Assembly: GCA_021806615.1 (NCBI GenBank)
Contig: JAJZRB010000001.1
Location: forward strand, 207,201 to 271,200
DNA length: 64,000 bases
Direction of reading: 5' to 3'
Origin: a bacterium
GTDB taxonomy: Bacteria; Patescibacteriota; Patescibacteriia; Patescibacteriales; UBA12465
Shown here: positions 17,881-25,625 of the stretch, piece after piece
Numbering within the stretch: the stretch's first letter is position 1
Layout of the letters: each line of letters begins with the position of its first letter
Position numbers and translations under genes: made by a program
The notes under the pieces: generated by a model
Told to the model about the DNA's origin: nothing
The model's input: the letters and a program-made list of their open reading frames with translations, nothing else
Database searches by the model: none

Positions 17881-18267
17881 TTAATTACCGCTTACAGCCG
17901 TATTAAGAGAATTGATAACAAAGTTAGCTATTCCCCAAGACGCCAAGATAATTATCAAGCCGATGACACCTGCACCCAATAATTTTCTTGCCTCAGCCGT
18001 TTTTTCCTCATTACCGGCCGCTGTCATCCATTTGAAGCCGCCCAGTAAGATGATGCCTACCGCAATGACGCCCAAGAAACCCAAAGCTACATTTATGACC
18101 CGGCCGATGATAGTTCTCGGGTCATTGTTTGCTAAGGAATTGTTTAATCCAGCATTTACTTCATTCAAGCCCGGATCAAATTGAGCCATGGCTGGTAAAG
18201 CCAAAAAAGGCAAAACCAAAAAAGAAATAATCGCTAGAGAAACTAAGTGTTTGGAAATTTTATTCAT
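17881..18267 (-). CDS. VirB2/TrbC-type pilin-like small membrane protein, paralog P6 (first gene of the operon)
   Basis: A strong SD (AAAGGTGGTG), a signal peptide (...LPAMA|Q) and the loop GGFKWMTAAGNEEK, followed by TM2 (VIGLIIILASWGIANF). Confidence 0.75.
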   Translation of the reverse strand: MNKISKHLVSLAIISFLVLPFLALPAMAQFDPGLNEVNAGLNNSLANNDPRTIIGRVINVALGFLGVIAVGIILLGGFKWMTAAGNEEKTAEARKLLGAGVIGLIIILASWGIANFVINSLNTAVSGN

Positions 18268-18317
18268 ATTTCACCACCTTTCTAGTTTTTTAATATTTTT
18301 TAAATTTTATATATTTA

Positions 18318-18346
18318 ATTTTAGCATATTATTTTAAACAAGACAA
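18318..18346 (-). promoter_or_regulatory. Sigma70-like promoter of the pilin-like operon (TTGTCT-17 nt-TAAAAT on the minus strand)
   Basis: The -35 complement lies at 18341-18346 and the -10 complement at 18318-18323, about 45 nt upstream of the P6 start. Confidence 0.45.
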
Positions 18347-18400
18347 ATAAATCGGCCTATGTTAGAATAAAGATATACGGGCTGGTATTAGCCAATTTTT

Positions 18401-20020
18401 ATGCTTAAATTATTTAAACGTGTCAATTTTAAACAAGTTTTTTGGTTTTTTTTCTATTTTTTCCTTTTTTCCCTCCTTCTCAGGCATTCCTTTGCTTATT
18501 TAGACCCGGATTTCGGCTGGCATTTACAGGTCGGGCAGGAGATAGCACAAACGCGATCAGTCCCTAGCTTGAATAATTATGATTATACATTTAATGGCTC
18601 TTGGGTTGACCATGAATGGTTGAGCAACCTTTTGATTTATGTGATTTACAGCCGGACGGGCTATATAATGTTATCTATTATTTTTTCCTTGTTGATTATT
18701 TTAGTGCTTATTTTACTGAGTAGGGCGGCACGACGTCTTAGGCCGCAAGCATTCTTGTCCATTGTTATTTTGCAGATTGCGGGCGTTATGGCGGCGTTAC
18801 CTCATTTTGGGGTACGAATACAAGAACTTGGGTTATTATTTGTTTTTTTATTACTAGTTATTATAGATGATTATCAGAAGCGGCAGGATTGGCGGATTCT
18901 GATTTTTTTACCGCCGCTTATGTATATCTGGGCTTGCCTGCATGCCAGCTTTTTGATCGGTTTTTTTCTTTTATTCTCTTGGTTGGGCGTTAAAGTCATC
19001 GAACGGTTATTAAAGATTTTTTATTTTAAGACCAATTCGTCAGCGGAATATCTAGATCTCTCCTCTCTGTTAAGCATTAAAAAAATGGCAGTTTATGCCG
19101 GGATCGCTGGGGCATCCTTTATTTTTACCTTATTTACCCCCTATAAATCAGGATTATATTCTTTTTTGGAAGGTTATCGGAATACTTTTTATCTCTCGCA
19201 TATTCAAGAGTGGCTATCACAATTTTCCTTTCCTTTCCAATATTGGCAGCTTTTTTATCTGGCTCTTGTAGCTTTAGCCCTATTGTTTTATATTTACTAC
19301 TCCTTCAGCCAAGAAAAATATTTCAAATTAAACCTCTGGGCCGTGTTCTTAGCCGGTTTATTCATTATCCTGAGCTTTAAATCGCGTCGCCACTTTCCAT
19401 TATTATTTGTGGCGACTTTTATATTCTCGGTCGGCGTTTATAATCAGATTTTTATAACTTATGCTGTTAAAACAGGGAGGAAATGGCTGAATGTTTGGTT
19501 AGAGGCGGATCTTTTAATCTGTTTGTTTCTTCTGTCTATATTGAATTTTTCCCAAACGCAGTTTACCGCTACCCCATTTGATGACTATTGTCAAGATTAT
19601 CCCTGCCACGCAGTTTCTTATTTGCGTCGTCACCCCGAATTAGATATTTTAAGGATTCTAAATAATTACAGCTGGGGAGGATATCTGATCAGGCAGTTGC
19701 CCGAAAGACAGCTGTTTATCGACGGGCGTTTGCCGCAAGTGGAGTTCGCCGGACATACTTTTTTAGAAGAATATTTAGACTTTTTTAAAGCTGGCACTCG
19801 CCTAGAAGATAAGCTGAATCAATATCAAATAAAATTGATCCTAATGCCGGCTATTGATCCGCCGATCGTCGTTAGAAATTGGGAGAAGGTTGTCTTTGGT
19901 ATCAAAGAAAATGAGCTTGATAAGCCGAATTATCTAAGACTTTACTTAAACGGGTCGTCAGATTGGCGGGCGGTTTACGGCGATAGCGCGGCCGTTATTT
20001 ATCAAAAAATCAAAGAATAG
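18401..20020 (+). CDS. Large polytopic membrane protein, possibly a GT-C-fold glycosyltransferase
   Basis: About 12-13 TM helices, an acidic motif YLDPDFGWH in the first extracytoplasmic loop, and a soluble C-terminal domain of about 150 aa. The family is not firmly recognised. Confidence 0.4.
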   Translation: MLKLFKRVNFKQVFWFFFYFFLFSLLLRHSFAYLDPDFGWHLQVGQEIAQTRSVPSLNNYDYTFNGSWVDHEWLSNLLIYVIYSRTGYIMLSIIFSLLIILVLILLSRAARRLRPQAFLSIVILQIAGVMAALPHFGVRIQELGLLFVFLLLVIIDDYQKRQDWRILIFLPPLMYIWACLHASFLIGFFLLFSWLGVKVIERLLKIFYFKTNSSAEYLDLSSLLSIKKMAVYAGIAGASFIFTLFTPYKSGLYSFLEGYRNTFYLSHIQEWLSQFSFPFQYWQLFYLALVALALLFYIYYSFSQEKYFKLNLWAVFLAGLFIILSFKSRRHFPLLFVATFIFSVGVYNQIFITYAVKTGRKWLNVWLEADLLICLFLLSILNFSQTQFTATPFDDYCQDYPCHAVSYLRRHPELDILRILNNYSWGGYLIRQLPERQLFIDGRLPQVEFAGHTFLEEYLDFFKAGTRLEDKLNQYQIKLILMPAIDPPIVVRNWEKVVFGIKENELDKPNYLRLYLNGSSDWRAVYGDSAAVIYQKIKE

Positions 20021-20021
20021 C

Positions 20022-20387
20022 CTAAAAAATATCACGGTAATGCTTAAGCGTGGCGTTAATCCAATGGCGGTCAACTAAGATGATAATCAGATCAAAGCGT
20101 ATCAGATCTAAATTAAAGCGGTTCTTAAGGCAGTATGTCACAATAGCTTTTTTTAAACCCTTATTTTGTCTCGGAGTCAGCGGATTTTCCCGCTGACTGT
20201 CAGCAGTCTTAATCCGCGTCTTTACTTCGATGAAGACCACCCGATTCTTTAGGCGGGCGATTAGATCTATTTCCTGTCGACCAAGACGGTAATTTCTATC
20301 GATTATACGATAACCACTCCGGCATAGATATTTTCGGGCTAAGCTTTCACCGCGCATCCCTAAAATTTTATTGGTATTTATCGTCAT
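20022..20387 (-). CDS. YraN-family endonuclease (UPF0102)
   Basis: GESLARKYLCRSGYRIIDRNYR..GEIDLIA...VFIEVKTR. Confidence 0.8.
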   Translation of the reverse strand: MTINTNKILGMRGESLARKYLCRSGYRIIDRNYRLGRQEIDLIARLKNRVVFIEVKTRIKTADSQRENPLTPRQNKGLKKAIVTYCLKNRFNLDLIRFDLIIILVDRHWINATLKHYRDIF

Positions 20388-20395
20388 AAGAAATA

Positions 20396-20421
20396 AAAAG
20401 CCCCTGTTGGCAGGGGCTTTT
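20396..20421 (-). terminator. Rho-independent terminator
   Basis: AAAAGCCCCTG-ttgg-CAGGGGCTTTT. The T-run lies on the minus strand after gene 20448..20831. Confidence 0.65.
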
Positions 20422-20447
20422 CGGTCAAAAAGAAACCTGGCCCGAGG

Positions 20448-20831
20448 TTAGGGCAAATATTTTTTTAATTCTTTTTCCTGCTCCACCTGTTTTTTCCTGG
20501 CAGGGATAACTTTTAACTTGAGTAGGATGAATATTAACCAGCCGACCATGATTAACGCCCACAACCCCAGCCAAAAACGGGCCGAGAAGAACGGGACAGC
20601 TTCGTAATTGAAAAATAATAAAATTGAGCCGATAATCGCGTTAGCCAGACAGAAAGAGTAAAGACGGTTAAAAAATCCTCGGTAAATTCCGCCGCGGCTT
20701 TTAATGAGAGCCACGGTTATGGCTAGGATGGCTAAGAAGACGATGAAACCGACAAAGGCGCCTTCGGCATAAGGAACTAGCATTTCCGGGCGTAAGTCTA
20801 GCCAATAGCTAAGAGTTAGAAATTTGGTCAT
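20448..20831 (-). CDS. Small membrane protein of unknown function
   Basis: Three to four hydrophobic helices. I recognise no family. Confidence 0.5.
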   Translation of the reverse strand: MTKFLTLSYWLDLRPEMLVPYAEGAFVGFIVFLAILAITVALIKSRGGIYRGFFNRLYSFCLANAIIGSILLFFNYEAVPFFSARFWLGLWALIMVGWLIFILLKLKVIPARKKQVEQEKELKKYLP

Positions 20832-20854
20832 ACTTTGCGTAGTTTAGATATGGT

Positions 20855-21406
20855 TTATAGTTTAGTTAAAATTAAGCCGTAATGGTAAGGGCCGGCTTCG
20901 AATTCCTCTTTAATATTCAGGCCTATTTTTGGGATAGCAGACTTTAAAGCGTCCGGCTTGACCCGCCGGCCAGGTTCTGGACCAAAAGGCAAGTCAATAT
21001 TTTTCCACTCCACGATGAGCAGTTTACCGCCCCTTTTTAAGAGTCGGATGGCTTCGCGCAATATTTCTAACCTTTTCTCTGATTGATGCAAAACGTTAAC
21101 GAGCAGGGCATTATCCAGGCTTCCGAGAGGAATGTCCGTCGCTTTGAAGATTTCTAAGTTGCTCCAAACGGCGGTTATCTGGGATAAATTTTCTTTTTTG
21201 GCTTCTCGGGTAATTTCTTCTAGAGTCGCTTTCATTATATCTACGGCGTATACTCGCCCATAGCGCCCGACTAGCCGGGCCAGAGGAAAGACAAAAAATC
21301 CGAAATTGCCGCAGCCTAATTCCGCGACGTGCTGCCTTTCTTCTATGCTCATTTTACTCAGAATTTTAGCGATGTCAAACAGGGCTGTTTTATTTATAGC
21401 TGGCAT
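20855..21406 (-). CDS. Class I SAM-dependent methyltransferase
   Basis: Motif I VAELGCGNFGF and a Rossmann-like pattern. Confidence 0.75.
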   Translation of the reverse strand: MPAINKTALFDIAKILSKMSIEERQHVAELGCGNFGFFVFPLARLVGRYGRVYAVDIMKATLEEITREAKKENLSQITAVWSNLEIFKATDIPLGSLDNALLVNVLHQSEKRLEILREAIRLLKRGGKLLIVEWKNIDLPFGPEPGRRVKPDALKSAIPKIGLNIKEEFEAGPYHYGLILTKL

Positions 21407-21410
21407 ATTT

Positions 21411-22070
21411 TTATTCTACTAATATTTGGCGATTAATGATATTTTCTCGGCTATATTTCTTTTTGGCGGTAATGATGATATTATTCATGCCTTTTTTTAA
21501 ATTTATATCTTGAGAAAAATATCCGTTATGATTATTGAGGACTATTTCTCCATTGATTTTAACCTCAGCTTCCGGCTCAGTTTGGCCGCTGACCGTAATG
21601 GTGTCGCTTTGGATGAGCAGATTTTTACTAGGTTGGCTGATAATCAGCTCCGGTGGCAGGATTATCTTTTTGAAATAAACGACTAGGTATAAGAAACAGA
21701 CTATGATGATGGCCAGAATAAGCAGGTTTTTGATGATTTTCGGGAAAATGATAAATTTATTTTTTTTGACCACTTTTTGGGAAAAGGGGTTATTTTTTTC
21801 CTCCCCCGCTGACTCTTCTTGCCAGCCGCGTAAAATTTCCCGAGGCTTCAGGCCTAGAAATTTAGCGTATTTTTTTAAGAAATTTTTGCCATAGAGTCCG
21901 GCAGGAAGCTTCTCGAAATTTTCTTCTTCTAGGGCGTTCAGGTATTCAACGCGGATATTGATTTGTTTGGCCGCTTCCTCTATTTTTAAATTTTTGTAGT
22001 GCCTGGCCTGGCGTAATTTTTCCCCCGTGGTTTCTTCTAGCGGCAGTTTTTTAGGTATGAAAGCGGTCAT
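21411..22070 (-). CDS. RodZ-like HTH membrane protein
   Basis: The N-terminal XRE-type HTH GEKLRQARHYKNLKIEEAAKQINIRVEYLNALEEENFEKLP, a single TM helix and an extracytoplasmic beta domain. Confidence 0.6.
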   Translation of the reverse strand: MTAFIPKKLPLEETTGEKLRQARHYKNLKIEEAAKQINIRVEYLNALEEENFEKLPAGLYGKNFLKKYAKFLGLKPREILRGWQEESAGEEKNNPFSQKVVKKNKFIIFPKIIKNLLILAIIIVCFLYLVVYFKKIILPPELIISQPSKNLLIQSDTITVSGQTEPEAEVKINGEIVLNNHNGYFSQDINLKKGMNNIIITAKKKYSRENIINRQILVE

Positions 22071-22522
22071 GAATTTATAACGACGCCATCAAGCATGGAT
22101 TGGGGCTTGGGTTGCACTGGCTCATTATTAGCGTTTATAGCTTCGCCATTCCAAGTCAACCCCATAGATGATAAGACGAATTTAACGATCAGGAAACTGG
22201 AAAATACGATTACCAGGCCAATCACGGCTGCCACGATTATCTTTTTAGCTTTACCGACCGCGTCCGCCGAACCGGCAGAAATCAAGAACATGAATCCCCC
22301 GTAGATGAACATTACCAGCGATAGGGAACCGACTAGACCTAATACTATTTTAGATACGCGTATAGCTAGGATTAAAAAATCGTTTACACCATAATTGCCT
22401 TGAGCATATCCTGAAGCGCTCGTGTCTACGATGGAGCTCGGTACTTGCGCGTGAGCGGCGCTTATATAGAATAAGCAACCAGCCATTAGGATGAAAGCTG
22501 CCAGATAAATTTTTTTATTCAT
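22067..22522 (-). CDS. Divergent VirB2/TrbC-type pilin-like protein, paralog P7
   Basis: A signal peptide (MNKKIYLAAF...SAAHA|Q), TM1, the degenerate loop GGFMFLISAGSADAVGKAKK, TM2 (VIGLVIVFSSFLIV) and a C-terminal tail of about 35 aa. The stop codon overlaps the RodZ-like start (ATGA). Confidence 0.55.
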   Translation of the reverse strand: MNKKIYLAAFILMAGCLFYISAAHAQVPSSIVDTSASGYAQGNYGVNDFLILAIRVSKIVLGLVGSLSLVMFIYGGFMFLISAGSADAVGKAKKIIVAAVIGLVIVFSSFLIVKFVLSSMGLTWNGEAINANNEPVQPKPQSMLDGVVINS

Positions 22523-22547
22523 AAAATGATATTTAAGTCGGTTGAAT

Positions 22548-23927
22548 TCAATTGACGGTTTGTTGGACCTTGGCCGCAGCTGTATCAATTATACCTTGTA
22601 CCTTGTCGCTGATATTTTTAACCATCGTATCGATCATCTCTTTGACCGCATCTTCGGCGGCCTGAGCATTTTTCCCTTTATACCAGCTTTTAGCAGTGAG
22701 AACCTGGCTCGCGAAAACTCCGATTTCATTATCATTTTCTTGCGTGGCGACTAAAGAGCGCAAAGCGGTAGGATGTTTCGTTTTTTCTAAATAACTCTTA
22801 ACCTGAGCCTCCTTGGTCATAAATTGTATGAAGTCCCAAGCGACATCAGGGTGGGCGCTCTTTTTAGAGACCACCTCTACCCAATAATTAGCGAAATTTA
22901 CATTAGTCGGCGGATTGCCCTCTATCTGAGGCAATTTAGCGACGGAGAAGTTCAATTTCGGAGCTTGAGCTTTTATAGTCGGGAGATCGTACGAATAACT
23001 GAACATAATAGCCAGGTTTCCAGAAATGAACATATCCAGGGAGTTCGGCAAGGAATTATTCCAAGCGTAAGATTCTTTGACCGGATTAGAGAAATCAGTA
23101 TAGAACCGCAAAGCTTCAAGCCCAGGATTATAGTTGCTGTCTTTCCCGCTCGGAGGCACCTTATTGAACGTCACTTGGCCGTTGTCGTCCATCATGACCG
23201 CTCCGTTCTGCATCATAAGGACAGATAAAATATCGCTAAAACGATTAATGTTGGAACTGCCCCCTAAGGCTACCCCGGACTGGATAATGCCCTGTTTTTG
23301 GTCCTGTTTAGTTAGTTTTTTAACATCTTGTAAGAACTCTTTATTCCAGTATTGAGGAACCTGGCTGATGCCGGCATTATTGAATAAGTCTTTATTATAG
23401 TACATAGCCAAGGTGTCTACAGATAAAGGTAATCCGTATATTTGCCCGTCGCCGAGTATTACGTCATGGCTGACAGCATCCACGAAATTATCTTTGAGCT
23501 CTTTAAGAGTCAAGCTGTTAGTCGTACGTAATTCGGGGATGACCTCTTTTTTAAGCGTGCCTTGGACGACCGGATAAGCCATGGTTATAGTGGCGGGCAT
23601 CGGCGCTAATTTTGATCGGTATTTTTCCATCCAGGTATTATGAATAGAGAAGATATCCGGACCGCGATCTTCGGCTAAGGCGTTGAGCAAAGCATTTTCA
23701 TATTCTTCATAACGAAGCTTGCGATACTCAATATTGACGAAAGGATGAAGGGCCTTATATTTAGTGATGATGTCCTGGAAAGCGTCTTGGCCGTCAAACA
23801 CGCGCCAATAGGTTAAAGTTATCGGTTGCATAGCGTCTTGAGTCGCTTGGTTGGTTATCTTGCAACCGAAACCGGAACTTATTAATAAAATAGCTAGAAG
23901 AGATAAGACCGTTATTTTCTTAGACAT
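22548..23927 (-). CDS. ABC-transporter substrate-binding lipoprotein (sugar-type, family 1)
   Basis: Lipobox SGFG-C and a typical extracellular solute-binding domain pattern. No permease or ATPase gene is adjacent. Confidence 0.75.
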   Translation of the reverse strand: MSKKITVLSLLAILLISSGFGCKITNQATQDAMQPITLTYWRVFDGQDAFQDIITKYKALHPFVNIEYRKLRYEEYENALLNALAEDRGPDIFSIHNTWMEKYRSKLAPMPATITMAYPVVQGTLKKEVIPELRTTNSLTLKELKDNFVDAVSHDVILGDGQIYGLPLSVDTLAMYYNKDLFNNAGISQVPQYWNKEFLQDVKKLTKQDQKQGIIQSGVALGGSSNINRFSDILSVLMMQNGAVMMDDNGQVTFNKVPPSGKDSNYNPGLEALRFYTDFSNPVKESYAWNNSLPNSLDMFISGNLAIMFSYSYDLPTIKAQAPKLNFSVAKLPQIEGNPPTNVNFANYWVEVVSKKSAHPDVAWDFIQFMTKEAQVKSYLEKTKHPTALRSLVATQENDNEIGVFASQVLTAKSWYKGKNAQAAEDAVKEMIDTMVKNISDKVQGIIDTAAAKVQQTVN

Positions 23928-24003
23928 AGAACTTATTCCCCCGCATTTTATGCGGAACGGAAAAACAAATTATTTCCTTTTTATTATAGCAAAACTTTCC
24001 GGA

Positions 24004-25533
24004 TTATTCCAATTTAGGACGATACTGTAAAGCTTCGGCAATGTGATACGGTTGTATGTCGGCCGTTGGTTCCAGGTCAGCTATGGTGCGAGCTAGTTTT
24101 AAGATGCGGAAGTAAGAACGAGCCGATAAATTTAGCTTTTCGGCCGCCGCGATCATCAGCCGTTGTCCGTCAAGGCTTAGCTGACAATAATTTCTAGCTA
24201 TTGGGCTATCCATCTCGCCGTTTGTCATTATTGCTTGTCCTTTAAAGCGTGCTAGCTGCCTTTGCCGCGCTATTTCTACGCGTTTACGGACCATGGCTGA
24301 GCCGTCGCTATTATTTTTTTCGGTTAATTTATTTATTTCAATTCGCGACATCTCTACGTGCAGATCGATGCGGTCAATGATCGGGCCAGATAGGCGTCGG
24401 CGGTAATCATTTATGTGTCTTGGTTCGCAACGGCAATTTTGTTTCCGGTCGCCCAGATAGCCACAAGGGCAAGGATTCATGGCGGCTAGTAGAATGAATT
24501 TCGCTGGGAAATAATAATTGCCTGATGCGCGATTGATTTTTATTCCCCCGTCTTCCAGCGGTTGTCTCAGGTTCTCTAAGACGCTACGGTGGAATTCCGG
24601 AAATTCGTCTAAAAATAAGACTCCGCGATGAGCTAAGGAAATTTCCCCCGGTTGCGGCCAGGCGCCGCCGCCGATAAGCGCTGTACTGGAAGCAGAATGG
24701 TGCGGCGCCCTGAAAGGACGTTTGCTTATCAATGATTGAGCATTTTTTAAACCCCCGGCTATGCTATAAATTTTGGTTATTTCCAGTTTTTCTTCCAGAT
24801 TTAATTCCGGCAGGATGCCCGGCATGGATCTGGCTAATAGAGTTTTTCCCGATCCAGGCGGGCCATAAAGCAGGAGATTATGGCCGCCGCCAGCCGCAAT
24901 CTCTAAGGCGCGTTTGGCTTTTTCTTGGCCGATTACATGAGCCAGATCAAATGAGCTGATCTGTTGGCCTGATAAACTTGGGCCAGAGTCGGTGCTGATT
25001 GTAATAGTTGTCTTTATGATTTCTTTCTTTTGGAGATGTGAAATCAGTTGTCTTAAATTTTTGGTCGGGTATATTGTCAGCCCCTCGATTAATCGTGCTT
25101 CAGCCGCATTGTCTTCCGGCAAGAACAAAGCTTTCAGGCCATAGTCACGGGCGGCGATAGCTATAGCCAGCGCTCCGGGTATCGGCCTGAGATCGCCGTC
25201 TAAGGAGAGCTCCCCGATTAGTAGACAATCAGAAAAATTGATATGGAAATTATTTTTTAGAGCCAGAATCGCGATCGCTATAGGCAGGTCATAGGCTGGG
25301 CCGTGTTTTTTTAGGTCAGCGGGAGCTAAATTTACCGTAATTTTCCGGCTGGGGAAAGCAGAGCCGCAGTTGCGCAAGGCGCTTTTTACTCTTTCTTTCG
25401 CTTCAGATACTGCCGTGTCTGGCAAGCCGACGATGCTTATTTGCCCGAAATCGCCTCCGCCCGAGTCAGCCTCTACGGCGATAATTGTTGCTTCCAAGCC
25501 CTTTAAAGCGGCGGACATAATCTTAGTAGGCAT
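24004..25533 (-). CDS. comM: YifB/ComM-family Mg-chelatase-like ATPase
   Basis: A Lon-like N-terminal domain, Walker A GPPGSGKT, and the motifs LFLDEFPEF and RILKLARTIADL. Confidence 0.9.
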   Translation of the reverse strand: MPTKIMSAALKGLEATIIAVEADSGGGDFGQISIVGLPDTAVSEAKERVKSALRNCGSAFPSRKITVNLAPADLKKHGPAYDLPIAIAILALKNNFHINFSDCLLIGELSLDGDLRPIPGALAIAIAARDYGLKALFLPEDNAAEARLIEGLTIYPTKNLRQLISHLQKKEIIKTTITISTDSGPSLSGQQISSFDLAHVIGQEKAKRALEIAAGGGHNLLLYGPPGSGKTLLARSMPGILPELNLEEKLEITKIYSIAGGLKNAQSLISKRPFRAPHHSASSTALIGGGAWPQPGEISLAHRGVLFLDEFPEFHRSVLENLRQPLEDGGIKINRASGNYYFPAKFILLAAMNPCPCGYLGDRKQNCRCEPRHINDYRRRLSGPIIDRIDLHVEMSRIEINKLTEKNNSDGSAMVRKRVEIARQRQLARFKGQAIMTNGEMDSPIARNYCQLSLDGQRLMIAAAEKLNLSARSYFRILKLARTIADLEPTADIQPYHIAEALQYRPKLE

Positions 25534-25625
25534 ATTACAAAAATGAAACTGCCTGGTTAAGGCAGTCTCATGATAGCTGGATGATACTTAAGAAAATCTT
25601 AATTTTTTCTGAAGATTATTTTTAT

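Noticed and set aside
15892-18184. Plus-strand ORFs antisense to the pilin-like genes (15892..16113, 16166..16366, 17912..18184).
   Set aside because: These are mirror-frame artefacts of hydrophobic genes. They have no RBS, and the minus-strand genes have clear family-like conservation.
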